Part shown: in pieces, positions 23,761-35,300 of the stretch | How the letters are laid out: every line of letters starts with the position of its first letter | How positions within the stretch are numbered: the stretch's first letter is position 1 | Source of the DNA: Thalia democratica | Lineage: Eukaryota | Direction: 5' to 3' | DNA length: 64,000 bases | Assembly (NCBI GenBank): GCA_965202585.1 | Contig: OZ241826.1 | Coordinates: 30,566,001-30,630,000, forward strand | The notes under the pieces: generated by a model | Seen by the model: only the letters and a program-made list of their open reading frames with translations | The model's database searches: none | What the model was told of the DNA's origin: nothing | Translations under genes and position numbers: made by a program

Positions 23761-26700
23761 TTACAAGCAATCGGATTCCAAGCACTGTTTGGCCAAACTC
23801 AAGTGTGACATCTTATTAACTTCGAACATACTTATGTTGCTCTGTAAAAAAAATAAAAGTGATTATTTTGTTTATACACAATACACATATATAACTTAAG
23901 AAAATGTAGTATTATGTAAATTAAAATGTAATTTGATTGTTGTTTATGAAAGACTATCTTATAATAACATAATTATTCTATTTTTTTAGAAGATAAATTG
24001 ATGAAAAAAACTTTAGATTTACAAGTTTTGTTAGTATGTAAGTATGCATTATTTTTAGCTTTTACTAATCGAATAAGACATATTTTATAGTAATATTTAG
24101 TAATAAAATTTATAAAACAAGTACTTTAATGACTTAGTTATTAAGTATAAACAGCTCTAATTATGCAATTTCTAAAAATATACTTTTGTATTCTAAAGTA
24201 AGCATTAATTTTACAACCTTGTAAAACTTTTTTAGCTTATATACCTTTAAAGTTATTTTGAGGTGTTAGCTAAAAACAAGTAGACGTGTTTTAATGTACA
24301 CTTATTTCCATTATGTATACTTATAGATATACTTGTAACAACATTAGGTTTTTATATAATAAATAAACTAACCGCATGGGCATGCTGCCGAGTATCACCG
24401 CATCCAATCACGACGTACGAGGTGTTTTTGTTTCCGTACTTCCCCTTAATACGGTCGTACAGCGAGCTCTTACCCACCTTGTGAGAGCTGTACACGTCCG
24501 CAATGTCCACGTACCGGTCCAGACCAAACACCACAAGCTTGGACGCTGCCTCCACCAATTTGCTGTTCGTACAAATCACTATCTTGGCTCCGGGCCTGAT
24601 TGATTTATAACAAGTTTTAGTTTTCGCAATAGCTTAAACACTTTTATTGTTAAATATTTACTTTTAACAAAGTTTTAAAGTTTATTTTTTTGATAGAAAT
24701 TTTACTCATTTGAAAAATTAAAACTTACAACTTTTATTTCCTAATGTTTTTTAAACGTAAAAAGCTACTTTAAATACGACCACATAACAAGCTTACATTC
24801 TAGTCTACAAATGAGTTTTTGAAATTAATTTTAAGGAATTGTAGTAAAATTTTTATTTCAAAACAAAATAAAACTTATAAAACAAATTAAAAACGAAATA
24901 CAGAAAATAATAATTTGTAAGTTTAAACAGTAGAAATTCAAACTCACTTCGAAACAAGTATGTCCAATAATGCTGCGGACATCTTCAACCACGTCTTGCT
25001 CGGACCGGTCATCTTCTGGTTGTTCTTCTCAAGAGTCCTCTTGGCCGTCAGCACCCCGTCCCTTTCCCCCTGTCGGCCCTTGAAGTTGTTGTAAGTGTCC
25101 CGGATGTGACGGTATCTGTGTTGGTGGTTTTAAAATGAATGCCTGCGCTAAACACTGAAAACTTAAAAAGTGCGCGTGAAATATCTGCTGAAAGTGTTCA
25201 TGAAACTAAATTTCAAAGTGTTTTTTGTTTGAAGTTTAAAACCCATAAAAAATGAGTAGGTAAGGAAACTCAAAACCACAAAACAACCTTTAACGTCAGC
25301 TTATATGTTTTAGTATCAGTTTTAAAACTTTTGCCGAGCATACTATATTCATAAAGCTTTTGTTACTTTTTAATTGAACTTACTTTTATTTAAAGTACCA
25401 CCAGTAAGTCAATCAAAAAAAATATACAAATAGCTACCAGTTTTTACCTAAAAGCCATTTTTTTCCTCCAGTCGACGGACCCCCTCACGTGGTGGTGGTA
25501 CCCCATATCGTGGGGCACGAACCCGTCCTGGGAGAAATTGTACATGGACAGGTCCTGACCGTTGTCGTCGCTCGAAGCGTCTTCCACGTTCGACTGGTCG
25601 TAGTGCTGGTAGAAAAAAAGTTTAAATAAAAAAATTTCAGAACAATAATACTTTCTTAGAAAAGCAAGCATCGGCTGACTTCAAACGAAACGAAATTGCG
25701 CGTCCTCTACATTCGACTGGTTGTAGTGCTATTAAAAAACATCAAATTATAAATGAAAAAAAAATGTGTCGCTTCCTTTAAAAAGAAAAGCAGGCATTGA
25801 TAAATTACAAAGAACAGGCTAAATTTTGCGCATCTATATGATGTGCTGGCCAGTGGCATGCCTTTTATTAATCCAAATTTAACTTTTGCTATAAAGCAAT
25901 GTTTAAATGCATCCCCTAAGTTTAATTGTTTGCAACTAATATCATTAGTATTATATATGATTTTGCCTTTAAAAAGTTTTTATATTAGTATAGTTTTTAT
26001 GTTATATAGATCTGCAAAGTTTTTCTAGTAAATGTTTCCCATTACTTTTAAATAGCTACTAGCTTTTACACTTGGAATGAATTTTTAAAGAGTTAAAGTA
26101 TTTCAAACTACAGATTATAAAATAGTTAAGAAACATGAGACTTTTAGAAATTAATTTATATTTTTGCATAGTAGTTGTATTACGTTTTACAAAATTAGTA
26201 CAACTGTAAATAAAGCAATATTATGTTTCTAAAATATTATTTTTTAAAGGTTTTTGGTAGGACATTTTTTAGCTAAATTAACTTCAGTGTAATTTAAACA
26301 TTGGTAAATCTATACTTTATAAAACTTAAAAGCTTAGTTTTGGTTTTCCCTGTTAAAAAGTACATAATAAATACTCTAAAACTATTATTCTATACATATC
26401 TTCACACAACTCTAAAGTTACTAAATATTTAACAGTAAGGTAATATTAGCCAAAATATTTTTTTTATAAAAATAGTGTTTAAAAAGTTATAACTGCTTTT
26501 ATATATTTACATTAAATTAAGATTTTTTTATACCCTGGGAAAATTCTTTCATAGCACTTTTAAATTGGAATTTGATACTTGTTTTTTTGTTTATTCACAA
26601 AAAACTTTTTCATGGTAGATTATTTCTGCTGATTAGCCGAGCAAAGGGTGAAAACTAAGTGTTACCGTAAACAACATTTTACTGATAGCTTTTGGAATAG

Positions 26701-29700
26701 TTTCAACAAATTTATTTTACCTTGTCTCTAACGTTTTGTCTTATACTATCCAATAAAAACATTGTTATACTTCACAATATACTAAACTTAAGTAGAATTT
26801 TTTAAACTATTTATAGCTTACTTTATTGAAGACCTTTTTGAGAAATAAAAAAAGATTAGATTTGTTAACATCTCTTTAAAAGCATAGTATATCTAAAAGA
26901 TTTAACACTGCCTACTAAGTTCTTGATGCAATAAAGATTAAATGTGTAATTTATAAACAACAATAAATATAAAAAGTTCTTAAATGCATAGTATTTTGAA
27001 ACGTGTAATTACTAAACAGATAAAAAAGTGAAATTAATTGATTAATAAAACTAGAAAACGATAATAATTTTACTTCAAACCTCTTATTTATTATATAAAT
27101 CGTCATTCTTAACAATAAACTTTACAAATGTAAAGAAAAATTTGAATTTAAAGAATATTTTTCTACAAAACTTCACCAGCACTTCTATAATATTAAAAAG
27201 AAAACCGACTTTGCAGTTGTTTTTAAACAAAAAAATCGGTCCAGTTATATTTCGTATACTTTACTACATAAAAAACCATTATCAACGTTGAACTTTAATT
27301 ATGTAATTAAAAAAATAATTTTAGACAATACTTTTACAAAAAATATTTTACTAGTACTTCCATTATATTTAAAACAAAACAAACTTCGAGGTCGTTTTTG
27401 AAGAAGAATGTTTGTCCGATGTATGTGATCATGTCCATGGACCACAACTGCTGTGCCCGGGCTCGCATTTTATCCGCTTCATTGAACGCGAGTATTCTGG
27501 CGTGTCCAAACACTTTGATGTCAGGTATGAGTACATCGTTCAAATCGAAAATGTACACTCTCTGTGAATGTTGTTTTGAATAAAATGTTATATTGCTTCA
27601 AGTTTGAATAAATAAGCTAGTAGTGTTTTAATTATACTGTTTCAAATCGTGATAAAACTATAAACTGAGAAAATCTTTTGGTATTGTAACTGACAATCAG
27701 TGCAATTAACTAACAGTTTAAACTGGAAGCTCATTGCAGTCGTTGTTTAAACAAAAACAAATGGTTTCACTTAATAAAACAACAAACCATCTATTTAGCA
27801 AGTTGTTTTTAACATTTTCAAAAAAAGCTTTTGTTTCTTTTCCATTTCGACTGCGTAAACTAAACAAAATAACAAACAACAATATAAAGTTTCGTTTGAA
27901 AATAATTAAACAATTAAAAACTATGGTTCACAAGCAATTTGTACAAAAGTTTGGAAAATAATTGAATATTTCCAAAATTGCACAACAATTTAAGCATATC
28001 GCCATAAAAACTGGTATTGTAACTATTTCACAGTAAATTTTTCCCAAGCATTCTCAATTAAATTTTAAAAAGTCATACGCTTAAAAACGCATGTAAGAAA
28101 TTTCCATACAAATAATTGTCTCGCTAAAGTTGCAACCGAATAAAAACTTTTGTTTTGAACTCGCTATGTCCTTTACACCTCTCATCGCTCAATTGCACTC
28201 ACCTGAGAATGACGCGCAGGTTTTCATGGGGGCGAAGCGAAACTTGAAGCAATCAAGCCCATCACTCATCGCCACATAACAGCAGTTATAAATCACTTAC
28301 GCGGTTCGCTTCAAACAAAAACTTCACGCTTTCTCGCGATTTTCACTCTCCGCTTCCGAAACGTCAATTTTATATGACGTCACAATGAGAAAGTTTTTTG
28401 TGTGACATCGAGATTGTTATCTCAGTGATCGGTTGCACTTGTAAACTTGCGGCGGTCGAAACTGTGTCATTGAACTTTTCCGTTTTTAAAGGGGAGTAGT
28501 GCCAACTTATTGTGACGTCATAAGTGTTTGGGCAAGGAGTAATTAACTCGTTGCTCCAAGTTGTTTTGTTGCTTAAATTAATAACAACAAGTGCATTTGA
28601 AATTTTGTTTTGCTTTATTTTGTTAATCTAGTTTTCTTTGTAACTTTAACGAAAAATACTAAAAAATACTAAAGCGAAGGTAAAACAAGCTTTATAAAAA
28701 GCTTATGAAAGTTTTTATTTTAAATTTTATATTTAATGTGTTTAATACACTTGAAAATTTTACTTTATTTTCTTTTATTAAACTAACGTTGCTTGTTACT
28801 AAATTAAAAAAATTTACTACTATAAAAATCGAAAATAAACTTGAAAAAAAATTTCGAAAAAACTTATGTAAGCTTTTGTTTTAGTTTTTATACTAAATAT
28901 GTTTAATGCACTGCACAATAACAAAAAAACTTTAAAATATCGTTTTTAATAAATTTTAAGATAATTAGAAGTCTAGGTTGTGTACTTATTAATCTTTTTT
29001 ATCAAGTTTAAGGAGTTTAGACAAATGTTTTAAAGTAAATATCGAAATACTTTATTTTTTAGCAAGTAAAGTTTTATCACCTTTTGCTAAATCTTAGTTT
29101 CTTGCCTATCAAGCTAATTCGTCATTTATTCTCTAATTTTGTCTCAACCATAATTTTATGTTTTGCAATACATGCATCGTATTTTCAATTTGTAATACTC
29201 CAGTATACTCAAATTTTACAAAGATAAACATTACAAAAACTAACAGTTTTGATGTTGGGGGAAACTTCGGCGCCAAACTCAGTTTTCAGACCTGACTTGA
29301 TGGCCGCCAGCTCCTGACCACTAGGTGGCGCCTGAGACATCTCCGAGGCCTTCCGCTTCTTCCCTCCCGACTTCTTCTTGTCGAAGTAGGTAGACGGGTA
29401 CTTCATCTGGAAGTTCACCACTTTCGGATCTGTCAGTTGTGATTGGATTATAAGGTGGTTGAGAGGTTAATTAAAGTTGAACAGTTTTCAATGCTAAATC
29501 GTTTGATAAGATTAAAATTAGTGATTTCATTTGAAAGTAGTGAGCTTGTCTATAAATTCAAAAACTCAAACATACCGTTTTTAGCTGCAGTTTTCAAAAG
29601 ATTTCAGTTTCAATTTGTTTCAAATCCAAGATGAACATGAAAAAAAAAGAAGTAAGTTACAAACTTGAGTCATAAATTCTCATATAAAAAACTAACAAGT

Positions 29701-32148
29701 AATAGGAATTTTTTCATACAACTTTACTATAGTAATACAATATAAAAGCTTTTTTGTTTATGAGGACTGGGTAAAACTTTTAAAATTTGCAGTGCTTTTA
29801 CTTTACTTAAAAAAAGCAATATTTTCTATGTGTTTAAAAATTTATATTAAAAAATAACAAAAAACATTTATAAAGACTATAAAACCAACGATCATCAACA
29901 ATAGTTAAAATAAACTTCAAATTCAAACCTTCGGAAAGTGGTAAAAGCGAATAGACTTTCTGGTTGATCGGTTTCAAGTCTGCTGATTGGTTAATCTGGA
30001 AGTTGTTGCTTATCTGGTGGTGGGGGGTCGGATAATAGGGGTTGTAGTAACTTGGGTGACGGTTGCCGTAGTAACTGGCATGGTCCTGTGTAAACAAGTG
30101 AAGTCATTGTAAACAAATGGTTTTGTTGTAAAAATAAAAACTTGAATGCTTTCTGTCAAAGCTTTCTTAAGCTGTTTGAAAAAGCAACAATTATTGTGTT
30201 TCGGCGCGTTAGAGATAATTGCTTAAGAGAGGCAATTAAACGAAACGCGATTTTCGGCAGGTTGTGCAAATTAAGTGATTTTCCTTTCAATGTTGTCAGC
30301 TTAAGTTCGGCTTTAGTTTTGCAACTTTAAAAACTTTTCTTATATTTTTAATTTGTTAAAGTAATTTGAAGTTTAAAATTTTATCTACAGCTAAACATAC
30401 AAAACTTAATAACTGTTTATAATAAACTTAATATAAAGTTACCAAAATGACATGAATTTGTAATAAAAACAATACCTTCAAAGAAATTTTATGCTTTAAA
30501 GTTGTTCATAACTGCTTGCATAACTTACTTTAGAGCTTAATTATATGTTTTTACATTTTTATAGTTTGAAAAAAATATGTTTAAAGTTTTTGATGAATTA
30601 TTGAAAAATAAGCTCAAAATAAGCTGCATTTCAAAAATATTTTAAAACCCTTACAAAAATATAAAAAAGAACTAATACAAAGAAAAGCAAAAATTTTTAA
30701 GCATTTAGTATAAAATAAATATTTAACAAGTTATATTTTATTTTAATATCAAGTTTTTAACTGGATTTAATTAGCTAAAACTAACCTCTTTATTTGCATT
30801 TGTTATAACTTTAAGGTTAATGTTAAGATAGTGATTGTTTTTCATATTGTCATAAATACAAAGGTAAATTTTAAATATTAGCTTATTTAGTCCTTCTATA
30901 AAAGTACTAGTAACTTAACTTATTTTCTAAAATTAGATGAGTATATTGAAATTCTAGCTTTAATTTTTAAACAAATAAATTTGATAAGATACTCAACAAA
31001 AAGTTTAAGGTATAAAATGATAAGAGAACTAGATAAAATCCAGTAACAAAATAACATGGCATAACGTAAACCTGTCAGACATTTTAAATTAACATCAAAA
31101 GTTAAAAAAAGTATGATTGACACATAAAATGTTTTATAACTAACTATTTCAACATAATAAAAAAAAAATCTATTAACTAATAAAAACTTACATTAATAGC
31201 ATGGTGTGATACACCTCTATTATGATGGTAAACAAAATAAAATAACTAATAATAAAACTCACATTAATAGCATGGTGTGATACAGCTCAATTTTGATGGT
31301 AAACAAAATAAAACAAATAAATAATAAAACTCACATTAATAGCATGGTGAGGTGCTCCTCTATGTTGATGATGTTGAAATCCGTGCAATGGTAAGAAACT
31401 GCCTCCTATGAAAACATATAGTTATTAGTATTTATTTAGTTACTAGGTTTCATAGGATTCTACATAGATTTACATCAAACAGCACGCCATGAATACATAT
31501 GTTCTTATTTTATGTCAAAAACTAACTTTTAAATATTAAAGAAGTTGGTTGCTAAACAGAAAACATTATGCTTTACACGTTTTGAAACTAGTTTTTTTTT
31601 TTCAAAAATTAGTAAAAAGTTTTTTTTTTTCAAATTCAAAAGATAAACTTTAGTAGCAGAAACGGACAATTAACCAAAGTATGTAAAAGTTGTAGCAAAT
31701 ATTCCCTTGTGAATATAATAAGATTGTTTGTAGCTATATAAAATTATTTGTTTCTCAATTTTGGAAATTTAAAACTATTATGTAAAAGTTAAAAATTTAT
31801 TAAAATTAAGTTTCATCAAAAATTTATAAGGTTTAAAATAAAATGAAACTATATAACGGAATAAAATAACTTATTACAAGTCATATAATTTAAAGGTGCT
31901 TGCAGTTTTAAAACCATTTTTTTAATTTTAGGAAGTCTTTATTTATTTTTTTCACCCTAAATAAACAAAGTTATTGATGAATAGTATGCTTTAAATTCTA
32001 TATTTATCTTACAATAAAACATCTGAGCTGCAGTTGAAAAATAGTTTAGACCAAAAAAAATCTACGATAATACAAAAACTCTTCTAGACTAACTACCGAA
32101 AATAAACGCTTGTATTTCTTCCTTAGTAAAAGTTCGAAAAGGATTCAT
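23761..32148 (-). CDS. eya: EYA-like protein copy A (~427 aa), predicted pseudophosphatase
   Basis: Exons 32148-32094 (first exon tentative), 31405-31335, 30085-29929, 29584-29576, 29429-29245, 27561-27385, 25605-25448, 25115-24948, 24595-24373 and 23841-23761 are all GT-AG, phase-consistent and total 1284 nt. EYA-domain hallmarks: [63 protein letters not shown]. Confidence 0.9.
25681..25728 (-). other. Partial duplicate of exon start plus acceptor in an EYA-A intron ([10 protein letters not shown]..stop)
   Basis: TTAATAG|CACTACAACCAGTCGAATGTAGAGGACGCG copies the true exon start CACTACGACCAGTCGAACGTGGAAGACGCT 123 nt downstream; in-frame TGA at 25681-25683. Confidence 0.75.
28195..28525 (-). 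promoter_or_regulatory. CpG-rich promoter-like island inside an EYA-A intron
   Basis: Two inverted TATGACGTCACAA (CRE) sites at 28373-28385 and 28510-28522; strong minus-strand donors CAG|GTGAGT (~28201) and CGC|GTAAGT (~28300). Confidence 0.45.
29576..29584 (-). CDS. eya: 9-nt microexon of EYA-A (CTAAAAACG)
   Basis: ACTGCAG|CTAAAAACG|GTATGT, phase 1-1; same position and length in B and C. Confidence 0.75.
31182..31375 (-). repeat. 71-72-bp tandem triplication of an exon 3' end + 5' splice site in EYA-A
   Basis: CACCATGCTATTAAT|GTRAG occurs three times, with intron-start G at 31334, 31262 and 31191. Confidence 0.9.
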
Positions 32149-32169
32149 GCTACAAAGAAGCCTACAATC

Positions 32170-32340
32170 TACTGTAATTGAATTTTAACTGGTGTGTTTG
32201 GAAGTTGCCGCGGTGTAGCGATGAGACAATTAAAAGAAGGAGGATTGCATCCAACCGTGTAATCAAGTAGAGCGCGGAGATAAAAGACAATTAGCGGGCG
32301 CTTGTGGATCTGCTTAATTCTCCCCTCGTGTTTAGAGTTG
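32170..32340 (-). promoter_or_regulatory. GC/CpG-richer stretch immediately 5' of the EYA-A start (5'UTR/promoter candidate)
   Basis: Compositional island directly upstream of the tentative ATG at 32148. Confidence 0.35.
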
Positions 32341-35300
32341 AATAAATTTTACTTTTTTTTTGGAAAAATTTAAAAAAGACTTGTCTTTGACTTTCGATTT
32401 TATAAGATCAAATTGATAAAAAAGATTCGAATGTTTTTAAAAGTTTTTTTTTTGTTTTGTTCGACCCTCACTTTAGTTTTTAAAAGTTGAAAATTTAGTT
32501 TTATTCCAAATTATAATCAAGGTTAATTATAAAGTATAATTGTTTGTATTGTAAATAAATAAACAAATCTTATGTTTACCATCAAACAAAATATAAAAAG
32601 TCATTTAGAAAACCATTTTAAAAATCTTAACCTTAAACCTAACACTCGCAAATCCTTAAATAATTTGAATAAAATACCTTAACTCAAATATTGATGAGAA
32701 TTTTTTTAAATGTATCGCGTTTCGCACTTAACATATGAAATTACACACCCCTGATACGCACGAGAATATTTTCATTTCGCGTTTGGCAGCATTAAAACGA
32801 TACTTTTCACAGCACGGTGTGGGGTTTGTTTGTTTTCAAATAACTCAAATAATTTTGACACTTTCGCGCATGAGTGGTTAAGATGTGGGGTGTAAAGTGG
32901 GGGCAGTTAAATCCAAACGCCAAGTGTTGTTTAGTAAACACATTATTGTAATTAGATTAAAATTTTAAGATAGTTTTTGTTTTAACTAAAAATATTAATA
33001 AAACGTTATAAAATGCAAAAACAAAGTACCTCAGTTTCGCTTAATTTAAAGTTGTTTTAATTAAAAAAAAAAAAAATCCAAGAAAGCGGTTTTTTTAGAC
33101 GAAAGAACGAGATATTTATAACTAATCAAGCTTTTTGTAAAGACACATAAATTACATTACTTCTATAACTCATAAAATAATAGCTAATATTTAGCACAAA
33201 AAAACTAACGCTTTTTTATTGGAAATACGCAATTATTAAAATAAAAAGCGGCCAGCTTGAGCTAGAAGTAATTATTTTGCAACACTTTTATAGCGGATAT
33301 TGTTAAGATTTAACGACTAAAATGTCATTTGAAAAAAAAGAGTATGTATTGAAGCCATAGTGAAGTAGCTTTTTCTAAAGCTGAATGAAAATTCACTAAA
33401 GTTAAAACTTTGATCAAGTAAAACTTTTTAAAATAAGTACATTGTTTATAACAAATTAAAACCTCTTAATTAATAAAAACTTGTAGTCTAGTAACAATGA
33501 TAAATATTTCAAATTGGATTTTTTTTTTTAATTTTAATTTACATTATCGTTTATTAATGTAATGGTTACCAAACTTTTTTGTAAAAATCAATATTTCATT
33601 ATTAAGAAAATTCTGCGAAACAATTGATAATTGTTATGCTAAATTATTAGTTAATTATTTAGTCTGCATAGTGCTTAGTCATATAAGTTAATCTATTTAA
33701 TCAATTATTAGTCAATAAAATGCTTTTCGTTAAGTTGTATGTGATACTTGTGTGTTTTATCGTTTATCGATTTTTTTTTGAATAAATATTACAAACTTCG
33801 AAGTTTTTTATATTTTTATCTGTTAAAATATACCGAAACTAATATGTAATACGTTTTATGACAACTATAAACCAAACGTTTTCTTATTTCAATAACATTC
33901 AAGCATTTACAGATTAAAATGACGTGTATAGTGTTTAAAAAATCATAACTGTAACAGAATTATTAGTAAACACAACACCTTAATAAAATTACAAAATATA
34001 ACTTTGTATTAAATTTTTAGATTTTGCATAATAAAAATAAATAAACTTTTAAGATACACCCATTTTCGGACTTTGTCTAATTTCGAGTAAACTATTTTTA
34101 AAAACAAGATATTAAAATATTTTTAAAACTTTACTAAGGTTGAAATTTTACACTTTTAATAAATATAATATCGCACTGTTTATTTTTAGTACGTATAAAT
34201 TTTGAAACTAGCCTGCAATTTTTGCTTTATTTCGGTAAAAAAAAAACTACTTACTAGGTAAATTAAAGTATTATATTGGTAATAAAACTCCTGTGATTTT
34301 TAAATTTAGTATTTAAATGACGCAGTGAAATCATTAAAATATAAAGTTCTGTTATCAAACAGGTTTTTTTTACAATTTTAAACTTAGATTTTGTATTTTT
34401 AGTTTGCATTGTTTATCTAGTATTTTCAAAAATATCTTTCCGTTTGGGTTGAATTTCAACACATTAGGCAATTATAATGTTATTTAAATGTCAATAAGCA
34501 TTTAACAGTTTGTAAAATATTTAAAAAATATTTATTTTCACTAAATTTTGCTCGTAACAAAACAAGTTCGTTTGAATATAGTAACAACAACTTGAAAAGT
34601 ACTCACATAACTAAAAGCTAAAAATGTTTAACATGTTAAAGTAACATATACTCTAACTTAGTTTAAAAAAATCAGTTAAAATAAAACAAAGTTTTAAAAC
34701 TGCAATTGTAAAAAAAAGTTCTAACTAAAGTTGAACTCAGTTTATTAGAAACCAAAGCATAAATAAAAACTAAACTAAAACAACATTCATAAGCTGAAAA
34801 TACACAATACTATAACTCTATTGTAAGACTTTATCTAAGTAAAGTTTAGTTAATTATTTTGTTTAAAATACCAGCTATTACAATAAACTCACAAAGCAGT
34901 TTTTGCGTCAAACTAAATATATTTGTCAGCTATAATTTTTTATTCAAAGAGAACCAAGTAAAAGTTTATTATTTATGGCACTTCTGCTTAAGTAACTTTT
35001 ATACTATTTAGAACATCATTCAAGTCAAGGTTTATAATATTTGTGTTTCTAATATATTTTAAAAACAAACTTTTAAGTATGATGGTAAGTTTGTATGATA
35101 TTTGAAACTAAGTTACTGATTTTTATACTTCGTACATAAACTACCGAATTAAAATTAACTAAATTGTAACTAAAACTGTAAAACGTAGCGAGTTTCAAAG
35201 TAAATCAGTTGAATTTTTGTCTGCTTTCAATACTAAATAATCCTATATTGTATTAGTTTTGAGCAAATAGTTAAACATGACTTTTGACTCAATCTGTTTT

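Noticed and set aside
24376-24603. Plus-strand ORFs antisense to EYA exons (also 27398-27583, 39760-39984, 40162-40392, 53848-54072, 54249-54581)
   Set aside because: They are shadow ORFs of GC3-rich EYA exons; the opposite strand has clear EYA homology and splice sites.
29585-29640. Larger exon or stop-codon recoding upstream of the microexon
   Set aside because: A has stops in all three frames and there is no upstream AG in B; the genes end at normal TAA/TAG, so the standard code applies. The 9-nt microexon explains the pattern.
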